Assembly (NCBI GenBank): GCA_038128265.1 | Contig: JAYPJE010000002.1 | Location: forward strand, 95,669 to 156,360 | Direction: 5' to 3' | From: Gemmatimonadota bacterium | GTDB taxonomy: Bacteria; Latescibacterota; UBA2968; UBA8231 | Length of the DNA: 60,692 nt | Shown here: one piece after another, positions 8,763 through 17,413 of the stretch | Numbering within the stretch: the first letter of the stretch is position 1 | Layout: every line of letters starts with the position of its first letter | The notes under the pieces: generated by a model | What the model saw: the letters and a program-made list of their open reading frames with translations, nothing else | What the model was told of the DNA's origin: nothing | The model's database searches: none | Translations under genes and position numbers: made by a program

Positions 8763-9221
8763 ATGGACATCAACAACACGCTGAAGATGCCGCTATCGCT
8801 GCAGGGCGCAGATGTAAAAGGGGCCAGTGATAAATTGGATATTCGCGCGCTGACGGGCAAAGGGCACGGCAGTGTCGAAGAGCGCCGCGCTGCGCTGCGT
8901 CAGGCATCGCGCCAGTTTGAGGCGGTTTTTATCAACCAGATGATATCGGCCATGCGCAAGACGGTGGGTGAGGGCGGGTTGATCGATAAGAGCAATGGAC
9001 AAGACATCTTTGAGGGCATGCTCGACGAGGAATGGAGCAAGAAGTTGGCCAATAAGGCCGGGCCCAATAGCCTGAGCGAGATTCTCTATAGGCAGCTGAG
9101 TGCGCGCTTGGGCTTAGAGGAAGGTGCTGCCGTCGGTGAAGAGGCCGGCGCGGTGCAGCTCAACGAGTTCAGGGGAGCGCTGCCCGCTCAGCTACAGCGT
9201 CAGCAGGTCCGCGATGAATGA
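8763..9221 (+). CDS. flgJ: FlgJ-like rod-binding protein (no muramidase domain)
   Basis: LRQASRQFEAVFINQMISAMRKTV...IFEGMLDEE...LSEILYRQL is the rod-binding domain. Follows flgI. Confidence 0.88.
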   Translation: MDINNTLKMPLSLQGADVKGASDKLDIRALTGKGHGSVEERRAALRQASRQFEAVFINQMISAMRKTVGEGGLIDKSNGQDIFEGMLDEEWSKKLANKAGPNSLSEILYRQLSARLGLEEGAAVGEEAGAVQLNEFRGALPAQLQRQQVRDE

Positions 9222-9720
9222 AGAGCTGATCGTCGAACTGACGGCCGTGATAAATGACGAAGTGCGGGCTTTTCACCGACTGCTAGAAGCACTGCGCGAA
9301 GAGCAGCGCGCCATCGTAGAAGACGATATCGAAGCGATTGAGGCCTGCGTGGCGATACAGGGCGAAGTGGCCGTGGCCGCACACCAGCTCGAAGGGCGGC
9401 GCGTGCGCGTGGTCCAGCAGCTGGCCGAGCAGCTCGACATAGACGCCGACAATATTAGTCTGAGTCGTCTCGTTGAGGCGCTGGAAGATCCGCGCGCCGA
9501 AGAGCTGACGCAAATGCGCGAAAAACTGCTCGAGCTCAACGGCAAGATTCGCACTACGAGCGCGAACAATGCCTTTTTGATTCGCCAGTCTCTGCGCTAC
9601 ACCGAGCGCTGTCTCGACATACTGACGGGGCAGAGCTCGGTGCAGCGCGGCGTCTACGGGCAGTTTGGCAAAGTGCGCCGCGACTCAGGCGCGCGCTCCT
9701 TTCTAAACCAAACGGCGTAG
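9214..9720 (+). CDS. flgN: flagellar export chaperone FlgN
   Basis: Helical ~168 aa protein with 'NNAFLIRQSL' and 'YGQFG', directly before flgK. ATG 9214 overlaps the end of flgJ. Confidence 0.85.
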   Translation: MNEELIVELTAVINDEVRAFHRLLEALREEQRAIVEDDIEAIEACVAIQGEVAVAAHQLEGRRVRVVQQLAEQLDIDADNISLSRLVEALEDPRAEELTQMREKLLELNGKIRTTSANNAFLIRQSLRYTERCLDILTGQSSVQRGVYGQFGKVRRDSGARSFLNQTA

Positions 9721-9732
9721 GAGAAGTCTGAG

Positions 9733-11157
9733 ATGCCCGTCAATTCCCCAGCCCAGCACGGACTTGAGATCGGTCGCCGCGCCCTGCAGGCGCAGCAGGC
9801 CGGACTCAACGTGACGGGGCACAATATTGCCAACGCCAATACGCCGGGGTTTTCGCGTCGCCAGATCAATCTCGAGAACGCTATTTCGAGAGTTAATAGT
9901 GGGATTGGGAGCGGGGCCGACGTTGCGGATATACAGCGCCAGCGCAATACGTTTGACGATGCGCAGATGCGGGTGCAGCAGCAGGTGCTGGGGCGCTGGG
10001 AGTCACTAGAGCGCGCCCTGGGCAGCATAGAAGCCATCTTCAACGAACCGGCAGGGGCTGGTTCGAGCGAAGCGGGAACGATCTTTAATGAGCCTTCGGG
10101 CATGGGGCTAAGTGGTTCGCTAAGCCGCTTTTGGAATGCCTGGCAGGACCTAGCCAACGTGCCCGAAAGTGGTGCGGCGCGTGCCGCTGTGCGCCAGGAA
10201 GCGGACTTTCTAGTCACAACCCTGCATCAATACAACGCTAAGCTCAACGAAACGCGCACCGAACTAGACGAGGAAGTGGTGTCGGAAGTAGAGGAAATCA
10301 ACGCAATTCTCGATCAGCTGGGCGATATCAACGCCGAACTGCCAGCCGCTGGTTTTAGCGGGGGCGACGATGGCGATTTAAAAGACCGGCGCGACCTTCT
10401 ACTAGACCGACTGTCGAATAAGATTGATATCTCCATAAACGAGCGTGCGAACGGCCAAATCTCCGTGCTGTTGTCCGGTCATAATCTGGTTGACGGCGAC
10501 AGCGTTTCGCATCTGCGGGTGCGCCAGGTGCCTCAGGACGGTAGGGCAATCAGTCAGATCGTATACGAGGACGACGGAGCGGTTGCACCCATCGGCGAGG
10601 GGCGCCTGCGCGGTTTGGTCGACGTGCGCGATCAGATCGTTCCCGATATGCTGGGTCGCCTCGACGAAATGGCGGTGGGGCTAGTCGAGCGCGTTAACGG
10701 TTTGCACCGCGCGGGGTATGGGCTAGACGGAGGGACGGGCAACAACTTCTTCGACCCAGAGAGCACGACGGCCAGCAATATCGCCATTAGTCGAGCCGTT
10801 CTTGAAGACCTCGATAATATCGCCGCTTCCGCCGACGGTAACTCGGGAGATAATGGACTGGCCCTAGCCGTCAGCGCCGTGCGCAACGAGGGCATTCTCG
10901 AAGACGGCACCCAGACGATGGACGGCTTCTACAACGAAATGCTCGGCGAGATTGGTGCGCGCAGCCGCGAGGCGCAGACCATGGCTGAAAACAACCGCCT
11001 ATTTGCTCAGCAGATAGAAAATCGCCGCCAGAGCGTGCAGGGCGTATCGCTCAACGACGAGGCCTCGCAGCTCGTGCTCTTTCAGCGCGCCTATCAGGCT
11101 GCAGCACGTGCCGTTTCCATCATAGATGACATGATGGAAGTAACCATCAACATATAG
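9733..11157 (+). CDS. flgK: hook-associated protein FlgK
   Basis: ALQAQQAGLNVTGHNIANANTPGFSR, F.NAWQDLA..PES.AAR, GVSLNDEA..L..FQRAYQAAAR. Confidence 0.97.
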   Translation: MPVNSPAQHGLEIGRRALQAQQAGLNVTGHNIANANTPGFSRRQINLENAISRVNSGIGSGADVADIQRQRNTFDDAQMRVQQQVLGRWESLERALGSIEAIFNEPAGAGSSEAGTIFNEPSGMGLSGSLSRFWNAWQDLANVPESGAARAAVRQEADFLVTTLHQYNAKLNETRTELDEEVVSEVEEINAILDQLGDINAELPAAGFSGGDDGDLKDRRDLLLDRLSNKIDISINERANGQISVLLSGHNLVDGDSVSHLRVRQVPQDGRAISQIVYEDDGAVAPIGEGRLRGLVDVRDQIVPDMLGRLDEMAVGLVERVNGLHRAGYGLDGGTGNNFFDPESTTASNIAISRAVLEDLDNIAASADGNSGDNGLALAVSAVRNEGILEDGTQTMDGFYNEMLGEIGARSREAQTMAENNRLFAQQIENRRQSVQGVSLNDEASQLVLFQRAYQAAARAVSIIDDMMEVTINI

Positions 11158-11236
11158 AGCGACGGCCGTGCATAAAGCAAATGGACATATTTTAACGACC
11201 CCCCTATATTTGGGGCATCTCCCGTAGGAGATCGGT

Positions 11237-12346
11237 ATGCGCGTCACGACTAAAATGGCCGTAGGCACGCTGGTGAGCAATTTAGACCGCTCGTACGAGC
11301 GGATTACGCGCTTCCAGACGCAGCTGTCCTCGGGCACGCGGCTCAACCGCCTTTCCGATGATCCAGCCGCTGTTGAACGCTCGCTTGCGATGCGTTCAGA
11401 GCTGCGCAATCTGGAACAGTTCCAGAAGAATCTCGGCGACGGCGCGGGGTGGCTGGAACTGAGCGAGGCGACGCTCAACGAAATGGAAACGCTCTTTGTC
11501 GAAGTGCGCGGCCTGGCTGTGCAGGGGGCGACGAGCACCTACAATGCGTCGCAGCGCAATGCCATTGCCGATCAAGTAGATCAGTTTCTCGAGCATACGC
11601 TGAGCTTGAGCGAGGCGCGCTACAGAGGACGTTATATTTTTGCCGGCACGCAGACGGACTCCGAGCCCTATCGCGCTCAGCGCGACGGCAACGGTCAGAT
11701 CGTCTCCGTCGCCCCGCGTTCCGACACCAGCGGTTCGATCGAACGCGAAGTGAGCGACGGCATTGTAATGCAGGTCAACGTTCCGGGTCGGGAAGTATTT
11801 GAAAATCCGGAAGATGTGCGCATTTCCATCAACGCGTTGGCCGAAGGGCTGGACGGCGAGGAGATACAGCGCCTCGACGCGCTCTTTGGGGGCCGTTCGC
11901 AGCTGGACCCCGATGCGGTCCGTGCAGCACTGGACGACGCGGAGCTCGATCCGCCGTTGAGCGCTGATCTGCGCGAAGTCCTCGAAGGCGGTTTAAGCGA
12001 TCTTGAGGCGCGGGAAACCAACCCCTTTTCCGTGCTCATTGAACTGCGTGATGCGCTGCGCGACGACGATGCCGAGGGCGTGCGCGGCACGCTAGATAAA
12101 CTCGCGAATGTGCGCGAAAATATCTCCTCTGTGCGCGGCCTAATTGGCGCGCGCGTGAATCGCATGCAGACCACGCAGAATGTGCTTGATCGCATAGCGG
12201 TGGAAATGACATCCGTATTGTCGGCCGATGAAGACGTGGATTTGTCGGCCACGATTGTAAACCTGACGCAAGAGCAGGACGTGTTCCAAGCAGCTCTAGC
12301 TTCGGGCAATACCGTCATTCCCCAGTCGCTGATGGACTTTATCTAA
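11237..12346 (+). CDS. flgL: hook-associated protein FlgL
   Basis: MRVT, QLSSG.R..R.SDDP, GRYIFAG.QT, IGARVNR, EDVDL, SLMDFI. Confidence 0.95.
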   Translation: MRVTTKMAVGTLVSNLDRSYERITRFQTQLSSGTRLNRLSDDPAAVERSLAMRSELRNLEQFQKNLGDGAGWLELSEATLNEMETLFVEVRGLAVQGATSTYNASQRNAIADQVDQFLEHTLSLSEARYRGRYIFAGTQTDSEPYRAQRDGNGQIVSVAPRSDTSGSIEREVSDGIVMQVNVPGREVFENPEDVRISINALAEGLDGEEIQRLDALFGGRSQLDPDAVRAALDDAELDPPLSADLREVLEGGLSDLEARETNPFSVLIELRDALRDDDAEGVRGTLDKLANVRENISSVRGLIGARVNRMQTTQNVLDRIAVEMTSVLSADEDVDLSATIVNLTQEQDVFQAALASGNTVIPQSLMDFI

Positions 12347-12443
12347 TGATCTTCCCCCTGGGCGTCTCTCCTCGCGTCCGCTTCACACCGGTTGATGGGC
12401 GGCGTGTGCCGTTCGAAATCCGTGTTTCGCGGGATATGGCAAA

Positions 12444-12902
12444 ATGAGCGAAGCTGAAGTGCAAACCGTCACATTCAACAACGCCAAATTTGGCGAAGTG
12501 ACTATCGACTGTCGGGACCTGCTGGAGTTTCCGTACGGATTGCCTGGATTTGAGCGATTCAAACAGTACGGTCTTATCGAGATCGAAGAGGAGGCCCCAT
12601 TTCTGCGCCTTCTTTCACTCGATGAACCCCGTCTTGGTTTCGTCATCCTGAACCCGGTGCTCATCTGGCCCGACTACGATCCAGATATAGGCAGGGAAGA
12701 CCTGGAGGGGTTGGGCATTGAAAAGGTAGAGCAGCTGGCCATTTACTGCATCGTTACGCTGAGCGATACGCCGCAGAACGTGACGGCCAATCTGCGCGGC
12801 CCCATCTGCATCAATACGGAGACGATGAAGGCCAAGCAGATGATTCTGGTCGATGAGCGCTACCAGACCAAGCATTCGATTATGGAATCACAAGCGGGAT
12901 AG
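12444..12902 (+). CDS. fliW: flagellar assembly factor / CsrA antagonist FliW
   Basis: FGE...FP.GLPGFE, PF..L.S.D...[16 protein letters not shown]...Y.TKH. Canonical flgL-fliW-csrA order. Confidence 0.95.
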   Translation: MSEAEVQTVTFNNAKFGEVTIDCRDLLEFPYGLPGFERFKQYGLIEIEEEAPFLRLLSLDEPRLGFVILNPVLIWPDYDPDIGREDLEGLGIEKVEQLAIYCIVTLSDTPQNVTANLRGPICINTETMKAKQMILVDERYQTKHSIMESQAG

Positions 12903-12963
12903 TAGAGAATTAAGATGTAGGGACGTCCCTCGGGGACGCCCGTTGCCATCAGGGAAGATTATC

Positions 12964-13194
12964 ATGCTCGTATTAACGAGAAAAGCCGGGGAAAGCATCG
13001 TTATCGGTAGCGATATACGCGTCACCGTATTAGAGATGCAGGGGCGGCAGATTCGCATTGGAATAGAGGCGCCGTCCGACGTGTCGGTGCACCGCGGAGA
13101 AGTGTACGAACGCATCCGCGAGGAAAACGAACTGGCGGCCAGCGCCGATCCTCAACAGCTCAAATCGCTGAGTCAGGCGTTCAAGTCCCGCTGA
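12964..13194 (+). CDS. csrA: carbon storage regulator CsrA (with the C-terminal extension typical of FliW-associated CsrA)
   Basis: [21 protein letters not shown]...RIGIEAP..V.VHR.EVY..I..EN..AA. Start re-called at ATG 12964. Confidence 0.97.
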   Translation: MLVLTRKAGESIVIGSDIRVTVLEMQGRQIRIGIEAPSDVSVHRGEVYERIREENELAASADPQQLKSLSQAFKSR

Positions 13195-13288
13195 GTATAC
13201 CGGGTGCGCGAAAAGGCAGACACGGAAGGGCCCCGCGCGCCGCATCCCGATACGGCAGACAACAGCCGTGGAGGCAGAAATTACCCAG

Positions 13289-16200
13289 ATGCAAACCTTC
13301 CGTAGTTCCAGGCGGATCGCGGCTTTTGACCGCTGCCCTTCCGCTCTGCGTTCGATTGCCGCTGCCGGATATGCAATCGATTTAATACCCACGACCAACA
13401 GACCGATAAGCGCTGCCGAGCGCGTTGCTGCGCCGCTGCAGAACACCCGTCTTGTAGAGGGGGCCGAAGTCGGGCAAGATATCTATCAAGCCTTGCTGTG
13501 TTGGACGCTAGAAGATCTGCTGGCGGCATCGGCCTGGACCCTTCCCAAGATATTTTCCCCACAGTGCATGCTGTCAGAGTGGGCCGGCGTAAGCGTCGAG
13601 GCGCGGCGTCAGGCCCTGCAGCGCATAGCCCCTCTGCTCGAGGGCGTTTCCCTTGTTTTTACATCGAACGCACAGCGCGAAAACTGGCTTAGCTCAGGGG
13701 CTATCGTGCCGCCGGGTGTGGACGTCGATCGGGCCGTGCGCTGGGTCGGTGATCGGGCTGAAACGGTCTGGACCGGGATCAATACGCCCGAATGGGCTCT
13801 GCGCGAAAGCCACGGGGTGCGCGACCGATTGCTTGGCGATGGCATCGCAGGGCGCAAGCTCGTGCTCGGTGAGGGCGAAGCCGAGAACTGGGATCGCTGG
13901 TTGGCGAGTGTGCTACAGGCGCGGACGCTGCTGTGCACGCCGTCGCCCGACTACGCCTTGGGCTGCGAACTCTACGGGCTGACCGCGATGGCCGCCGGTA
14001 TGCCTATTGTGTCGCTCGCACACGACGCTTCGCCGGTTATCGACGGCGAGAGCGGGTATGTGTCCAACGACTGCGACTATCTGCGCGATCGGCTGCGCGC
14101 CCTGCAGGAGGATGCCGACTTGGCGCGTCGTCTGGGCGCGCGCGGCCGCGATCGCATCGCTGCCGACTACAGCCTGAGCGCAAGTGCCGATGGCTGGGAG
14201 ACGCTGATCGAGGGCGCAGCAGCACATACGAGCCGCGCGGCGCTAGGCCCTTCTGTGCCGCGGGTGAGTATCATCATGCCGCTGTATAACAAGGCGGAGT
14301 TTACGGAGAAATGCCTCTACGCGCTGGCGGCCAATACCGGAGAACAGCCCGATTACGAGGTGCTGCTAATCGACAATGCCTCCAGCGACTGGACGCAGTA
14401 TCTGCTGCTCGCTTTTGAAGGCGATGTGGAGATCGTGCGCAACGAAGAAAACGTTGGCTTTGCCCGCGCCAATAATCAGGGGGCCGCATTGGCGCGCGGA
14501 GACTACCTGCTCTTTCTCAATAACGATACCGAGCCATGTGCGGGCTGGCTAGAGGCCATGGTGCAGCTAGCCGACGGGGACGAGCGCATCGGAGTTGTCG
14601 GAGCCAAGTTGCTCTACCCGCAGACGGGTACGGTCCAGCACGCCGGCTTGGAAATGGTCGAGGGCATGCCCGACCACGTTTTTCGCGGTGCGGCATCGGA
14701 CGATCCGCGCGTCTGCGCGACGCGCGACCTCGATATGGTAACCGGGGCGTGCATGCTGGTGCGGCGCTCGCTGTTCGAGGAGCTAGGCGGCTTTGATGTG
14801 GCCTATCGCAATGGAGTCGAAGATGTCGATTTGTGCCTGCAGGCACGTGCGCGCGGCTACCGCGTCGTTTACTGTGCAGATGCCGTGGTGCAACACCACG
14901 AAGGCACTAGCGAAGGGCGCTTTGACCACGTGCGCGAAAATCTGCAGCGCTTTTTTGCCAAGTGGGAGGGGCAGTTTAATGCCGAAGGCGCCTTTGTCGG
15001 AAAGCGCGCAGTAGAATCATCCCGCTCTCAGTCACGCGCGCTGCGCGGCTATTGGGAAGGCCCTTTCTTTGTCTATTCCAGCCTGGCACACGTCAATCGC
15101 GAAATGGCGCTGGCGCTGTTGGGCGGAGAGCGGTGCGACCTGGGGCTGATTGCCAGCGAGGCCGACCAGTTCAACCCGGGCGGAGACCTGCGCTATGCGC
15201 CGTTGGTTGCGCGCATGGGGCAGCCCTTGGAGGGGCCGGTCGATTTCCATCTTCGCCACCGATGGCCCCCCGATGTTGGCAAGCCAAATGGGGGCAAATT
15301 GGTGCTCATACAGCCGTGGGAGTACGGCCGCATCCTCCAGAGTTGGGTCGAGCCCATGCAGGCAAACGTGGATCAGATTTGGGCGTATACGTCCTATGTG
15401 CGCCAAGTCTACATCGATAGTGGCTTTGATCCACAGATGGTCAAGGTCGTTCCGCTCGGAGTGGATACCGCGCGCTTCCGGCCCGATATCGAACCGATGA
15501 AACTACCTACGCAAAAGAGTTTCGCGTTTCTATTTGTTGGCGGTACGCTGCAGCGCAAGGGAATCGACCTATTGCTGCGCGCCTACCGCAGTGCGTTTTC
15601 GCCGCAGGACGACGTCTGCCTCGTCATTAAGGACATGGGAACCAAGACGTTCTACCGCGGGCAGACGGCCGAGAGTGAAATTGCGGCGCTTCAGCGCGAT
15701 CCCAACTGCGCTGAAATTGTCTATCTCGATGAGGACTTATCCGAAGTGCAGGTACCGAGTCTCTATGCCGCCTGCGACTGTTTGGTGCATCCATACCGGG
15801 GCGAGGGGTTTGGGTTGCCGGTAGCTGAGGCGATGGCTTGTGGCCTTCCCGTAGTCGTTACCCAGGGCGGTGCCTGCGACGATTTCTGCAGCGATGAAAA
15901 TGCCTTTATGGTGCCCTCATCCCGTCGTCCCGTGCGCTTTCCCGAAGAAACTGTGGGCCAGGCGTGGATGCTGGAAGCCGACGTCGAAAAGCTGGCCGAA
16001 CGTATGCGTCAGGCGTTTGACGAACCCGCGCTTGGGCGCGCAATGGGCGCACGCGGTTCCGAGCGCATCGCCCGCGACTTTACGTGGGAACGCGCGGCAG
16101 ACATCGCCCATCAGACCCTGTGTCAGCTGTGCGAAGACGGCCCTGAATCCGAATCGATATCCAGCGTGCCGCGCATCCATATTGCCATGCCCGACGACGA

Positions 16201-17413
16201 GCCTGCCATAGTGAATGAAGTGCAAACCGAGCGGGACGATGGATCGCCTGCGATTGCGGTCGTTGCGCTCGGCGGTGGAGGGGCACCCGTACTAGAGTCG
16301 ATAATGGCCGTTTTTGGCAGCGGCGTTTCGGGCTACGACGTCACCCTATCGCCCGAGGTCGGGTTGGGTGACCAGCTCGAGGTAATTCGCCAAAACGGCA
16401 ACAGTGCCTTTGTCGTGCTGGTGCGCCGTGGCGTGCTGGTAGCGGGAGAGACCGTGCGTTTGCTCGTTGAGCATATGCAGAGCCAAGACGATATACAGGT
16501 CGCCGAGCCGTCTCCGCCCGACTGGCCGCGCGGCGTCGGCTTGGAAGAAGTCGAGCGCGTGGTAGGGGATTTGGTCGTCCTGCGCGCGGCCGGTCTCGAG
16601 GCCATTGGCGGTTTTGACCGGTCTTTTGCAACGGGGGCTGCCATCGATGAAGCGGTCCGACAGCTGCGTCGTCAGGGCGGGCGCGCCGTGCGCGTATTGG
16701 AATGCCGCCTCGAACGCACGGCCGATCAGGCGGAGCCGGATGCGGGGTGTGAAAGAGAACGCGCTTCGATTGAAGCGCTCGACGAAGGCGATCGCTTGCG
16801 CAGCGAGGGCAAGCGGTCTGAAGCACTAGCGGCGTATCGGCGCGCGGTAGAATGGAAAGGGAATTTTATCGAGGCCATTATCGTGCTTGCCGCTATGCTC
16901 ATCGAAGAAGAGCTAGCGGCCGAGGCCGTTGGCGTGCTGCAAAATCTAGTCGATTTGGACGTCGGTTCACATCAGGCGCACAATTATCTCGGTATGGCCC
17001 AGCACCGCGCCGGCGATCGAGAGGGTGCGCGCGCTAGCTTTGAGCGCGCCCACGAACTCAGTCCAGACCAAGTCGAGACGCTGGTTAACTTAAGCGTTTT
17101 TGAATGGGAGGAAGGCCGTGCAGAAGCGGCGGTGAACTATTTGGAACGGGCGGCGCAGCTCGAGCCCGACAATCGCGATGTTCTGGTGAATACGGCTGTT
17201 ATGCAGGTCCAATTGGGCCACGCTGAAAGCGGCATGCGCTTGCTGCAGGAATTTGTCGACAAAAATCCCGGAGATGCGGAAGCCGCGTGTATACTGGCCG
17301 GGTGGGCGCTGCAGGAGGGAGACGTCGAACGGGCGCGCGCGCTGGCTGCCGACGTTTTGGCACGGTATCCAGACTATGCCGCTGCGCGCGACATCTTGGA
17401 GAAGATTCGGTGA
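13289..17413 (+). CDS. multidomain glycosyltransferase: degenerate GT4-like + GT2 + GT4 + degenerate GT2-like + TPR repeats
   Basis: AMAAGMPIV..PVIDGESG; VSIIMPLYN..LFLNNDT..EDVDLC; RKGIDLLL..EGFGLPVAEAMACGLP; GGFDRSF; C-terminal TPRs. Start could be GTG 13268. Confidence 0.88.
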   Translation: MQTFRSSRRIAAFDRCPSALRSIAAAGYAIDLIPTTNRPISAAERVAAPLQNTRLVEGAEVGQDIYQALLCWTLEDLLAASAWTLPKIFSPQCMLSEWAGVSVEARRQALQRIAPLLEGVSLVFTSNAQRENWLSSGAIVPPGVDVDRAVRWVGDRAETVWTGINTPEWALRESHGVRDRLLGDGIAGRKLVLGEGEAENWDRWLASVLQARTLLCTPSPDYALGCELYGLTAMAAGMPIVSLAHDASPVIDGESGYVSNDCDYLRDRLRALQEDADLARRLGARGRDRIAADYSLSASADGWETLIEGAAAHTSRAALGPSVPRVSIIMPLYNKAEFTEKCLYALAANTGEQPDYEVLLIDNASSDWTQYLLLAFEGDVEIVRNEENVGFARANNQGAALARGDYLLFLNNDTEPCAGWLEAMVQLADGDERIGVVGAKLLYPQTGTVQHAGLEMVEGMPDHVFRGAASDDPRVCATRDLDMVTGACMLVRRSLFEELGGFDVAYRNGVEDVDLCLQARARGYRVVYCADAVVQHHEGTSEGRFDHVRENLQRFFAKWEGQFNAEGAFVGKRAVESSRSQSRALRGYWEGPFFVYSSLAHVNREMALALLGGERCDLGLIASEADQFNPGGDLRYAPLVARMGQPLEGPVDFHLRHRWPPDVGKPNGGKLVLIQPWEYGRILQSWVEPMQANVDQIWAYTSYVRQVYIDSGFDPQMVKVVPLGVDTARFRPDIEPMKLPTQKSFAFLFVGGTLQRKGIDLLLRAYRSAFSPQDDVCLVIKDMGTKTFYRGQTAESEIAALQRDPNCAEIVYLDEDLSEVQVPSLYAACDCLVHPYRGEGFGLPVAEAMACGLPVVVTQGGACDDFCSDENAFMVPSSRRPVRFPEETVGQAWMLEADVEKLAERMRQAFDEPALGRAMGARGSERIARDFTWERAADIAHQTLCQLCEDGPESESISSVPRIHIAMPDDEPAIVNEVQTERDDGSPAIAVVALGGGGAPVLESIMAVFGSGVSGYDVTLSPEVGLGDQLEVIRQNGNSAFVVLVRRGVLVAGETVRLLVEHMQSQDDIQVAEPSPPDWPRGVGLEEVERVVGDLVVLRAAGLEAIGGFDRSFATGAAIDEAVRQLRRQGGRAVRVLECRLERTADQAEPDAGCERERASIEALDEGDRLRSEGKRSEALAAYRRAVEWKGNFIEAIIVLAAMLIEEELAAEAVGVLQNLVDLDVGSHQAHNYLGMAQHRAGDREGARASFERAHELSPDQVETLVNLSVFEWEEGRAEAAVNYLERAAQLEPDNRDVLVNTAVMQVQLGHAESGMRLLQEFVDKNPGDAEAACILAGWALQEGDVERARALAADVLARYPDYAAARDILEKIR

